Of a DNA stretch of 47,898 nucleotides, positions 26,139 through 34,386 are shown one piece after another. The notes under the pieces are model-generated. The model did no database searches and had not been told where the DNA came from. It was given only the letters and a program-made list of their open reading frames with translations. Origin of the DNA: an uncultured Anaerolineaceae bacterium. GTDB lineage: Bacteria > Chloroflexota > Anaerolineae > Anaerolineales > E44-bin32. Made by a program: the position numbers and the translations under genes. The stretch is from positions 1 through 47,898 of the forward strand of contig CAYUWF010000004.1 of assembly GCA_964448245.1 (NCBI GenBank), in the 5' to 3' direction. Position 1 is the stretch's first letter, and each line of letters begins with the position of its first letter.

Positions 26139-27387
26139 CGGCCCCGGCCAAACCGAAAGGGAGCGCTCGGCGATCCGCAACTACCCTCAGCTGCTGCACC
26201 GCTATGCGCGCCTGCTCGAGGTTTCGGTCGATTTGGCTTCCACCCTCAATCTCGATACGCTGTTGCAGCACATCGTCGAGGCCGCCAAGGAACTAACCGA
26301 ATGCGAGGCGACCTCCCTCCTGCTCTACGACCCGACCACCCTCCACCTCCATTTCGAGGCAGCCACCGGGGCGCTCTTCGGGGGCGGCGACCGCATCGTC
26401 GTCCCGATGGAGAACAGCATCGCCGGTTGGGTCTTCGCCCACGGGGAGGCCCTGCACGTCGAGGACGCCCTGGCCGACCCGCGCTTCTACCGCGAGGTCG
26501 ACGTCCTGACGCGATTCGAGACGCGCTCGGTCCTGGGCGTCCCCCTGCGAACGGTGGATAAGACTCTGGGCGTGATCGAAGCCATCAACAAGATCCACGG
26601 CGTCTTCCTGGAGGAGGACAAACGCTTGCTGATCTCGCTCGCCTCGCAGGCGGCGATCGCCATCGAGAACGCGCGCCTGTTCCAGCAAAGCGACCTCGTG
26701 GCGGAAATGGTCCACGAGCTGCGGACGCCGCTGACATCGCTGACCGCCGCCGCCCACCTCCTGAAGCGCCAGGAGCTTCCCGAGGGGCAGCGCGGCCGGT
26801 TGGCCGATACCGTCTATCGCGAGGTCTTCCGCCTGAACGAGATGGCGACGGATTTTCTCGAGCTGGCCCGGCTGGAGTCCGGCCGCGGGCGCATGGTGCG
26901 CGAGCCCGTCCATCTCGGCGGGCTCATCCAGGAGTGCATCGAGATCGTCCGCCCGCAGGCCGAGGCCGAGGGTGTCAGCCTGGAGAGCGAGGCGGAGACG
27001 ACGCAGTCGCCGGTCCAGGGCGACCGCAACCGCCTGAAGCAGGTCTTCCTCAACCTATTGACGAATGCCATCAAGTACAACCGGCCGGGCGGTCAGGTGC
27101 GGGTCCAGGTGTTCCTGGAGGGAAACGAAGCCGTCACCTGCGTCAGCGACAGCGGCCGCGGCATTCCGCCCGACAGCCTGCCTCACATCTTTGAACGCTT
27201 CTATCGCGTGCCGGATCCCGGGCGCAGCGTCAGCGGCACCGGCCTGGGGCTGGCCATCGCCCGGCGGATCGTCGAATCGCTGCATGGCACGATCACCGTC
27301 CAGAGCGACGTCGACAAGGGAAGCACCTTTTGCGTGCGGCTTCCGACGGGCTCCTCGCTTTCGCCGATCACTCGGCCGTTGCGCTAG
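26131..27387 (+). CDS. Cytoplasmic GAF-domain sensor histidine kinase
   Basis: GAF-like N-terminal region, H-box VHELRTPLTSL, N-box NAIKYNRPGG, DSGRGIP, GTGLGLAI. No TM segment. The GTG 26131 start overlaps the cobB stop by 8 nt. Confidence 0.85.
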   Translation: MSDGPGQTERERSAIRNYPQLLHRYARLLEVSVDLASTLNLDTLLQHIVEAAKELTECEATSLLLYDPTTLHLHFEAATGALFGGGDRIVVPMENSIAGWVFAHGEALHVEDALADPRFYREVDVLTRFETRSVLGVPLRTVDKTLGVIEAINKIHGVFLEEDKRLLISLASQAAIAIENARLFQQSDLVAEMVHELRTPLTSLTAAAHLLKRQELPEGQRGRLADTVYREVFRLNEMATDFLELARLESGRGRMVREPVHLGGLIQECIEIVRPQAEAEGVSLESEAETTQSPVQGDRNRLKQVFLNLLTNAIKYNRPGGQVRVQVFLEGNEAVTCVSDSGRGIPPDSLPHIFERFYRVPDPGRSVSGTGLGLAIARRIVESLHGTITVQSDVDKGSTFCVRLPTGSSLSPITRPLR

Positions 27388-27415
27388 CTCAACTCACCCG
27401 GGGACACAGAAACAC

Positions 27416-27444
27416 GTAGGGTCGGATTTAGAACCCGCCCCTAC
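27416..27444. terminator. Palindromic GTAGGGTCGG...CCGCCCCTAC hairpin between convergent genes
   Basis: 10-bp stem with one mismatch. Sequence-related to the hairpin at 10111-10139 (shared ..AGA(C/A)CCCGCCCCTAC). Confidence 0.5.
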
Positions 27445-27476
27445 GCTCCCGCGCGGACGAGAGCTTCGTATGCTAC

Positions 27477-29186
27477 TCACCCCCGCCGGCCGAACTGCCT
27501 TTCCAGCGCTTGCACCGAAATGTGGATCATCGTCGGACGTCCGTGGGGGCACGTGCGGGGGGAGCGGCAAGCCTCCAGTTGACGGAGCAGTCCCTCCTGC
27601 TCGGCCAGCGAGAGGATCTGGCCGGCGCGGATCGCCGCCCGCTTGCACACGCGCGCCGTCAGGCGTGCTTCGACCTCTCCCTCGAGCGGCGCTTCATCCT
27701 CTTCGAAGTCTCCCAGCGCCGTGTGGACGGCCTGCGCCGGATCGAGATCCGCTAGCAACGCCGGCATCGCCCGGACCCGGACCGAATCGCCCCCGAACGG
27801 TTCGACCTCGAGCCCAATCCGCGCCATCGCCGCAGCCAGGGTGGTGAGCTGCGCCGCCTCGGCCCGGCTCAGCTGGACCGGTTCGAGATCGAGCAGCGCC
27901 TGGGTCTGCAGTGTGGCCGAAGCCCGCGCGTCGGAAAGCTTCTCGAAGAGGATCCGCTCGTGCGCGGCGTGCTGGTCGATCAAATACAAACCATCCGGCC
28001 CCTCGGCGACCAGGTAGGTTGTGCCCACCTGCCCCACCGCCCGCAGCAGCGGGACCTCCCCGGAAGGTCGGGGCAATCGGTCGGCATCCAGGGGCAGGCT
28101 CGGCGACCGCTCCCAGGATGGGGCGGCATGCAGGGTCGGCACGCGCTCAAGCGAAGCCCAGGCCCATACGCCCGGGAGATCCGCCTCCGGCGCCGGAGCC
28201 TGCGCCAACAGCGTGCCCCGCACCGCCCGCTGGGCCGTCGCCACGACGACGTCCGGCCGCCGAAAGCGCACCTCCGCCTTGGAGGGATGGACATTGACGT
28301 CGATCTCGGCCGGGTCGAGGTCGACGCGCAGGAATCCCAAGGGAAAGCGGCCCACCATGAGCAGGCCGTGGTAGGCCCGCAGCACGGCCGCGCTGAGCGC
28401 GGCGTCGAGCACCCAGCGGCCGTTGACGAAGAACGTCAGGTCACGCCGCGAGGCCCGATGGATGTCCGGAGGGCTGACGAAACCCGAAACGGAGACGGGC
28501 GATTCGGCCGACGCCACCACTTCGATCAGCGATCGCGCCGTCGCCAGGTCGAAGACGGCCGCCAGGGCTTCGCGCCCGTCTCCCCGCCCCGTCGTCTCGA
28601 GGGCCGTGCGACCATCCGACAGCACGACGAAGCCCACGGCGGGGTAGGCGATGGCATACCTCCCGACCAGCTCGAGAATCCGCCGCCGCTCGGTCGTCTC
28701 GGCCTTGAGGAAGTTGCGCCGGGCCGGGGTGTTGAAGAAAAGGTCGCGCACACTGACGACGGTGCCGACCGGCGCCCCGCGCCGCGTCCTCCGTCCTGCC
28801 TCGCTCCCTTCCACGCGCAGGCTGGCCCCGGAGGATTCCTCCGCCCGGCGGCTGACGATCTCCATGCGCGAGACGGCCCCGATGGAGGCCAGGGCCTCGC
28901 CGCGGAAGCCGAGCGTCCGCACCGCGAACAGATCCTGGGTGCTCTCCAGCTTCGAGGTGGCATAGCGTGCCACGGCCAGCGGCAGCTCGGCCGAGGCGAT
29001 CCCCGCGCCGTCGTCGGCGACTTCGATCAGCGTCTGACCGGCCCCTACCAGGCGGACCTCGATCCGGCGCGCCCGGGCGTCGAGCGCGTTCTCGATCAGC
29101 TCGCGCACGACTGAGGACGGGCGCTCGATGACCTCGCCGGCGGCGATGGCCGAGGCGACCTCCCGGGAAAGAACATGGATCGGCAC
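27477..29186 (-). CDS. mutL: DNA mismatch repair protein MutL
   Basis: MPIHVLSREVASAIAAGEVIERPSSVVRELIENALDA.. GHKL ATPase N-terminus, DDGAGI, and a C-terminal dimerisation region. Confidence 0.95.
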   Translation of the reverse strand: MPIHVLSREVASAIAAGEVIERPSSVVRELIENALDARARRIEVRLVGAGQTLIEVADDGAGIASAELPLAVARYATSKLESTQDLFAVRTLGFRGEALASIGAVSRMEIVSRRAEESSGASLRVEGSEAGRRTRRGAPVGTVVSVRDLFFNTPARRNFLKAETTERRRILELVGRYAIAYPAVGFVVLSDGRTALETTGRGDGREALAAVFDLATARSLIEVVASAESPVSVSGFVSPPDIHRASRRDLTFFVNGRWVLDAALSAAVLRAYHGLLMVGRFPLGFLRVDLDPAEIDVNVHPSKAEVRFRRPDVVVATAQRAVRGTLLAQAPAPEADLPGVWAWASLERVPTLHAAPSWERSPSLPLDADRLPRPSGEVPLLRAVGQVGTTYLVAEGPDGLYLIDQHAAHERILFEKLSDARASATLQTQALLDLEPVQLSRAEAAQLTTLAAAMARIGLEVEPFGGDSVRVRAMPALLADLDPAQAVHTALGDFEEDEAPLEGEVEARLTARVCKRAAIRAGQILSLAEQEGLLRQLEACRSPRTCPHGRPTMIHISVQALERQFGRRG

Positions 29187-29240
29187 AGACCCTCCGCGGC
29201 CCGGCGATTATAGCGCCGGCTCACGGGCCGTCGTCTTCGT

Positions 29241-29492
29241 GAGCAGGTTGAGATAGGTAGGGGACCATGGGGCGGCGACCCATCGTTTCTGTGGGCGGCC
29301 TCTCCTCGATCCGTCGGCCCCCACCCCCGTCCCTCGCGCACACCGTCCCGGTGTCCTTCCGGGAGCACCCCGGAGGGGCTCGCTCTCTCCATACACGCCG
29401 CGCCGGGGAGGCCTCTCCGCTCGGCGGAGAGGCCCACAGGGCTGCTACGCGAGGGGCAAGGGGGTGAGGCCGGAAGCTCGTCCGTCCTGTTG
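29241..29492 (-). repeat. Decayed copy of the MITE-like structured repeat (inverted orientation)
   Basis: The left end GAGCAGGTTGAGATAGG resembles the family TIR. The internal GGGGGTGGGGGCCGACGG / GAGCCCCTCCGGGGTGCTC modules (in reverse complement) and the GGCCTCTCCGC..GCGGAGAGGCC hairpin match family modules. The right end ..GGGGGTGAGGCCGGAAG..CCTGTTG is degenerate. Confidence 0.45.
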
Positions 29493-29517
29493 CCCGCTGG
29501 TAAGCTCGCTTCTCGCC

Positions 29518-29895
29518 ATGACGGGTTGCGATCGCGCCGCGTCTCATGGGTCATGGACCCACAACGCTTCGTTGACGCGCCGCAACCCGCGACCTATACT
29601 GCTCACTGTGGACCTTTGGGCCGTCGCGACTCTGACAGCGATTTTCAGCGGCCTGACTCTGGCGCTGATCCGCAGCGTCAAGAAGCGCCGGCGCAGGCTT
29701 CTGTACTTGATCCCGGTCGGAGTCGCCATTCTTGTCCTGCGTTGGGCCGCCTACCGTCAGGCCTGGGCCGACCTCGGCCTGGCCGTGTTGCTAGCGGGCG
29801 TCGTTTGCGCGGTCTGGTGGCTCGCCTACGGTCGCCGCCTCCCGCCCCCCACCGACGACAACATCCGCGTCTGGACCAAGGACGATCCCTTCTAG
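29518..29895 (+). CDS. Small hypothetical membrane protein (about three TM helices)
   Basis: Hydrophobic segments WAVATLTAIFSGLTLALI, LLYLIPVGVAILVLRWAA and LGLAVLLAGVVCAVWWLA. The start is uncertain: ATG 29518, GTG 29608 or GTG 29464. Confidence 0.4.
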   Translation: MTGCDRAASHGSWTHNASLTRRNPRPILLTVDLWAVATLTAIFSGLTLALIRSVKKRRRRLLYLIPVGVAILVLRWAAYRQAWADLGLAVLLAGVVCAVWWLAYGRRLPPPTDDNIRVWTKDDPF

Positions 29896-29897
29896 TG

Positions 29898-30080
29898 TCC
29901 CGTCTCAGAGACCTGTGTGCAAACTCCGTCTGGCAGGCCGGAAGACTTCAAGTCAACGGGCACCGCCTTTCCGTGCCTTGCCCGGCGGTCTCTCCCCAGA
30001 TGGCGCCTGCCAGGGGTTCCACCGATGGCGCGATTCCCGGCAAGGCCGAACGGGTTCGTCATCGGACTTCTGAGACGGGA
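29898..30080 (+). promoter_or_regulatory. Structured 5' leader of the HAD nucleotidase gene (SD-sequestering long-range helix)
   Basis: 12-bp perfect pairing of TCCCGTCTCAGA (29898-29909) with TCTGAGACGGGA (30069-30080). Inner helices CTGGCAGGC (29930-29938) / GCCTGCCAG (30005-30013) and CCGATG / CATCGG. The 3' arm overlaps the GGGAGG SD (30077-30082) of GTG 30090. Confidence 0.35.
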
Positions 30081-30089
30081 GGCTAGCCT

Positions 30090-30782
30090 GTGGCGCGCTT
30101 CCGGACCCTGCTCCTCGATCTCGACGACACGCTCTATCCCGCCAACAGCGGCCTGTGGGAGGCGATCGGCGAGCGCATCAACCGCTTCATGATCGAAGTC
30201 GTCGGGATCGATCCGGCTGAGGCCTCCGCCTTGCGACAGGTCTACTTCGAGCGCTACGGCACCAGCCTCAACGGCCTGCGCCTACACCACGGGATCGACC
30301 CGTTCGCCTACCTGGGCTTCGTCCACAATCTACCGCTCGAACACTACCTATCCCCTGATCCGAGTCTGCGCCGGATCCTGCAGGGTCTGTCGATTCCGCC
30401 CACGATTTTCACCAACGCCGACGCCGCCCATGCCCGCCGAGTCCTGACCGTTCTCGGTGTGGACGACCTGGTCTCCCAGATCGTCGACATCGTGGCACTG
30501 GAATGGGTCAACAAGCCGCTGCCCGAGGCCTACCATCGCGCCCTGGAATTGTGCCGGCAGGCCGACCCCGGCGCGTGCCTGATCGTCGACGATCAGCTCC
30601 GCAATCTTCTTCCGGCGGCGGCGATCGGAATGGGAACGGTGCTGGTGGGCCCTTCGCAGCGGGTCGACGGGATCGATCACGCGATCGGACGGGCCTCCGA
30701 CTTGCTCCTGGTCGTGCCCGAGTTGGCGAGAGACCGCCCTGCCCGACACAGCCCTTCGAATCCCGCGCCCGCGCCATCCTGA
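30090..30782 (+). CDS. HAD-superfamily hydrolase, pyrimidine 5'-nucleotidase-like
   Basis: Motif I LLLDLDDTLY, ..IFTNA.., ..KP.., motif IV-like ..LIVDDQ... GTG start. Confidence 0.85.
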   Translation: MARFRTLLLDLDDTLYPANSGLWEAIGERINRFMIEVVGIDPAEASALRQVYFERYGTSLNGLRLHHGIDPFAYLGFVHNLPLEHYLSPDPSLRRILQGLSIPPTIFTNADAAHARRVLTVLGVDDLVSQIVDIVALEWVNKPLPEAYHRALELCRQADPGACLIVDDQLRNLLPAAAIGMGTVLVGPSQRVDGIDHAIGRASDLLLVVPELARDRPARHSPSNPAPAPS

Positions 30783-30811
30783 GCCTCGGATCCGAACAAG
30801 CACATCCCCCT

Positions 30812-31180
30812 CAGCAGGCGGTGGCGCTCGTCCCGGACGAGGGAGCCGTCCTGGCGCTGGGGGGACGCAGGTTCGTCATCGGACTCCTGAGACGGGATCC
30901 TGGATCGGCACCGACATGTTCCGCCTCCGGCCCGACGGCAGCGCCGTCGAGGACCCGCATAGCGGCGAGCTGTTGACGGCCTTCCCGGCTATCGGCTGTG
31001 ACGTGGCGGTGATCCACGCCTTGGAGGCGGACCCGGAAGGGGAGCCGGCCATCGGGCACCCCTGGGAGCTCGACCGCGAGCTGTCGCTCCTCGCCGCGAA
31101 AGACATCATCACCGCCGAACGGATCGTGCCTCGCCTGGAGCAAGCGGATGTCATCGCGCCGTCGGTTCACGCCGTCGGTT
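30812..31180 (+). pseudogene. Remnant of a family-I CoA-transferase (subunit A-like) gene with internal deletion and frame change
   Basis: One frame reads ..QQAVALVPDEGAVLALGG (N-terminal signature). The next frame reads ..DPHSGELLTAFPAIGCDVAVIHALEADPEGE..LLAAKDIITAERIVP..VHAV (C-terminal signature). About 130 central codons are missing, there is no start codon, and there is no stop before ctpA. Confidence 0.55.
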
Positions 31181-31419
31181 CGCGCCGTCGTCGAAGCCCC
31201 TGGCAGCGCATGGCCGACCTCTTGCTCTCCGCTCTATCCCCTCGCCGGGGCGGCACTTCTGCGCTACACAGACGCCGCCGAGACACCGGCCTAGGAAACG
31301 CTGTTCTCCGAGTGGAGCGCGCACCGTCAAAACCGGCAGCCGGCGCTGAAACTCTCACCCCTTCCTTAAGGTGGTATGTTAGTTTTGGTGCATCGCAGTT
31401 CTTTGGTAGGAGAGGTCGA

Positions 31420-32751
31420 ATGGCTTCGCGAGTCTTTAAGATCCTGGTCGGCATCGAAGCGGTACTGGTTCTCGTCATGCTTTTCTTCGTTGGGGGCGCC
31501 GCCCTAGGTCTGGCGCTGCCGCGCCTCAATCCCTCGGCTGGGACGGCTCTGGGTGACTGGGTGGCGTCCGCCCTGCCGTCGTCATGGGCCCCCTCTGGCC
31601 CGAGCCGCGCGGCGATCGACTCGTCGGAACCTAACGCGACGCTCTTCCGCCCCTTCTGGCAGGCCTGGGACATTCTTCACGACGAGTTCGTCGATCAGCC
31701 GGTCGATGACACGCAGATGATGCAGGGCGCCATCCGGGGGATGATCGAGGCCCTGGGCGACGATCACTCGGGCTACATGGACCCGAGCGAGTACGAACAG
31801 GCCAACATCCCGCTCGAAGGCGCCTACGAAGGGATCGGCGCTTGGGTCGATACCGAGGCCGAGTATTTGACGATCATCGCCCCGATGGCAGGCTCACCGG
31901 CCGAGAAGGCCGGCCTGGAATCCGGCGACCAGGTGCTGGCCGTCGATGGGGAGGACATGACCGGTGTCCCGGCCCAGCTCGTGATCCGGCGGGTGATGGG
32001 CCCGGAGGGGACGTCCGTCGTGTTGACCATTCGTCGCGAGGGTCTGGAAGAGCCCTTCGACGTCGAGGTCACCCGCGGCAAGATCACCGTCCCCAGCGTC
32101 GAGAGCGAGATCCTCGACGAAGGTATCGCCTACATCCGCCTGTCGAGCTTCGGCGACGACACCGTCGGCGACCTGCGCCAGGCGCTCCGCTCCCGTCTGG
32201 CCGAAGATCCCTCCGGGCTGATCCTTGATCTGCGCGGCAACGGCGGCGGATACCTGACGTCCGCCGTCGACGTGGCGTCGGAGTTCATCGCCGACGGCGT
32301 CATCCTCACCGAGCGGTTCGGGGACAACCATGAGGAGTTGTACTCGGCCGACGGCGATGGGTTGGCCCTGGACATTCCGCTGGCGGTCTTGATCGATGGC
32401 GGCAGCGCCTCGGCCTCGGAGATCGTCGCCGGTGCCGTCCAGGACCACGGGCGCGGCTGGCTCGTCGGCGAGCCGTCGTTCGGCAAAGGCTCCGTCCAGA
32501 ACTGGCACGCGCTCGAAGATCAAGCCGGGGCCGTCCGCGTGACGATCGCCCGCTGGTTCACGCCCGACGGGCGGTCGATCGAGGAGGACGGCTTGCTGCC
32601 CGACGTACGAGTGAGCCTCACCGACGAGGACGTCTCCGCCGGCCTCGACCCGCAATTGCGGCGTGCCATCGATCTTCTGCTCGGTCAAACGTCGGCGCCA
32701 ACCCCGGCCGCGTTCTCCCTCGCCGCCCCGCGCCTGGCCGTCGGTCACTGA
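31420..32751 (+). CDS. ctpA: Carboxy-terminal processing protease (peptidase S41)
   Basis: N-terminal TM anchor, PDZ (..GSPAEKAGLESGDQVLAVDG..), LDLRGNGGGYL, GGSASASEIVAG, ..FGKGSVQ... ATG 31420 is preceded by AGGAGAGG. Confidence 0.9.
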   Translation: MASRVFKILVGIEAVLVLVMLFFVGGAALGLALPRLNPSAGTALGDWVASALPSSWAPSGPSRAAIDSSEPNATLFRPFWQAWDILHDEFVDQPVDDTQMMQGAIRGMIEALGDDHSGYMDPSEYEQANIPLEGAYEGIGAWVDTEAEYLTIIAPMAGSPAEKAGLESGDQVLAVDGEDMTGVPAQLVIRRVMGPEGTSVVLTIRREGLEEPFDVEVTRGKITVPSVESEILDEGIAYIRLSSFGDDTVGDLRQALRSRLAEDPSGLILDLRGNGGGYLTSAVDVASEFIADGVILTERFGDNHEELYSADGDGLALDIPLAVLIDGGSASASEIVAGAVQDHGRGWLVGEPSFGKGSVQNWHALEDQAGAVRVTIARWFTPDGRSIEEDGLLPDVRVSLTDEDVSAGLDPQLRRAIDLLLGQTSAPTPAAFSLAAPRLAVGH

Positions 32752-32867
32752 CCGCCAGGCTTGCCCTAGGCACTTAGGGTCCTCTCACCCCGGTCTTACT
32801 CCCGCCTAACTTGCCGGGACCATGATTAACCTCGCTCGGGCAGCAGGGCGCCCGAGGGAGGCGAGAC

Positions 32868-33992
32868 ATGAATCAGAGACGTTCACTCAGCCTGGGGCTG
32901 CTCGCCGCCGTCGGTTGCCTGGCGGCGGCGGCGGCGATGTTCGGCGCGCTGTTTGGCGTCGGCGGCGCGTATCTGGCCTTGCGGCCGCGCGCCGCGGCCG
33001 AGCCTGCCGCCGTTGTCGTCGCGCCGACCGCGGTTCCTCTTCCAGCGCTTCCACCCGCGGCCGTAGGCGCCTCCGTTGCCGTCGCCGTCGACCGCGCCGG
33101 TCCGGCCGTCGTGACCGTGATTAACCACCTGAGCGGAGGCTCCGCCACCGCCTCCGGCTCCGGCGTGATCATTTCCGGCGAGGGCTACGTCGTAACCAAC
33201 AACCACGTCATCGACGGCGCCGCCAGCCTGGAGATCCTCTTCGCCGATGGATCGCAGGCCGAGGCCGCGCTCGTCGGCACCGATCCCTTCGCCGACATCG
33301 CCGTCGTGAAAGTGGTCGGCCCCGTGCCGAGCGTCGCCGCCTGGGGCGACTCGGCGGCGCTGTCGCCGGGAGACACGGTGATCGCCATCGGCTCGCCCCT
33401 GGGCGACTTCGCCAACACCGTCACCGCCGGCGTCGTCAGCGCCACCGGCCGCTCGATCGAGGCCGAGCCGGGATTCCGCATGGAAGACTTGATTCAGACC
33501 GACGCCGCCATCAATCACGGTAATTCCGGCGGCCCGCTTATCAATCTGGAGGGTGAGATCGTCGGCATCAACACGCTCGTCGTGCGCAACAGCGGCGCGG
33601 GCCAGGGTTCGGCAGAGGGTCTGGGCTTCGCCATCGAGAGCGCCCGCGCCCGGACCGTGGCGGAGGCGATCATCGCCAACGGCCTCTACCCTCGGCCCTA
33701 CCTGGGCGTGCGGTGGGAATGGGTTACGCCGAAAATCGCCGCGCAGAACGGGCTGCCCTCCGTGTATGGGGCCTACCTAACCGAGGTTTCGGCGGGCGGC
33801 CCGGCGGCGCAGGCCGGTCTGCAGGCCGGCGATATCCTGACCGGGATGGACGGCGCCGCCTTCGACGAGGACCACCCGTTCCTCAACCGGGTCCTCGAGC
33901 ATCAGCCCGGCGACCGCGTGCGGCTGGACCTGCTGCGCGACGGAGAGCAGGACCAGATCTCGATCGTCCTGGGCAATCGTCCGTCGGCCTGA
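32868..33992 (+). CDS. htrA: HtrA/DegP-family serine protease with PDZ domain
   Basis: ..VVTNNHVIDGA.. (His), ..TDAAINHGNSGGPLIN.. (Ser), C-terminal PDZ ..GGPAAQAGLQAGDILTGMDG... N-terminal TM or signal anchor. Confidence 0.92.
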   Translation: MNQRRSLSLGLLAAVGCLAAAAAMFGALFGVGGAYLALRPRAAAEPAAVVVAPTAVPLPALPPAAVGASVAVAVDRAGPAVVTVINHLSGGSATASGSGVIISGEGYVVTNNHVIDGAASLEILFADGSQAEAALVGTDPFADIAVVKVVGPVPSVAAWGDSAALSPGDTVIAIGSPLGDFANTVTAGVVSATGRSIEAEPGFRMEDLIQTDAAINHGNSGGPLINLEGEIVGINTLVVRNSGAGQGSAEGLGFAIESARARTVAEAIIANGLYPRPYLGVRWEWVTPKIAAQNGLPSVYGAYLTEVSAGGPAAQAGLQAGDILTGMDGAAFDEDHPFLNRVLEHQPGDRVRLDLLRDGEQDQISIVLGNRPSA

Positions 33993-34015
33993 CCGTCCCT
34001 TTCGGCCTCCCTTCT

Positions 34016-34059
34016 TTGACGCGCAACCGCCCGGATGCTAGAATGCATCCGGGCGGTTG
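34016..34059 (+). promoter_or_regulatory. Consensus-like promoter embedded in a 36-bp perfect palindrome (possible operator and/or htrA terminator)
   Basis: -35 TTGACG (34016-34021), 17-nt spacer, extended -10 TGCTAGAAT (-10 at 34039-34044). CAACCGCCCGGATGC (34024-34038) is the exact reverse complement of GCATCCGGGCGGTTG (34045-34059). Confidence 0.65.
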
Positions 34060-34152
34060 TGGACCCGGCGGCCCACCATGGATTCTTCCTCGATGGCCGC
34101 GGGCGGATCTCACGGCCGTTGGGTTCAGGCCCGGCGACTCTGGAGGGGACGG

Positions 34153-34377
34153 ATGCCCACCCGCACCTTACGCCTGAACTACCCGGCCGCTCTTCTTCGC
34201 CAGCCGATCCTCCATCAGTTGATCCGGACGTTCGACCTTTCGGTCAACATCCTGCGCGCCCAGATCTCGCTCGAGGAGGGTTGGCTCGAGGTTCAGGCCG
34301 ACGGGCCCGATAGCGAGCTCGACCAGGCGCAGGCCTGGCTGAAGGAGCAAGGAATCGAAGTCATCCTGATGACCTGA
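34153..34377 (+). CDS. Stand-alone NIL-domain protein
   Basis: ..LLRQPILHQLIRTFDLSVNILRAQISLEEGWLEVQADG.. matches the NIL (MetN C-terminal, ferredoxin-like) domain pattern. ATG 34153 is preceded by GGAGGGGA. Confidence 0.75.
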   Translation: MPTRTLRLNYPAALLRQPILHQLIRTFDLSVNILRAQISLEEGWLEVQADGPDSELDQAQAWLKEQGIEVILMT

Positions 34378-34386
34378 GAGGCACTC

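Noticed and set aside
30916-31419. N-terminal 168 codons of the 611-aa ORF fused to ctpA
   Set aside because: The S41 protease starts at ATG 31420 with its own RBS and TM anchor. The upstream part is a CoA-transferase remnant followed by non-coding sequence that happens to lack a stop.
34060-34152. Looked for an M-box (Mg2+) riboswitch upstream of mgtE
   Set aside because: The leader is only about 100 nt and lacks the multi-helix M-box organisation that I can recognise. A formal Rfam scan would be needed to be certain.
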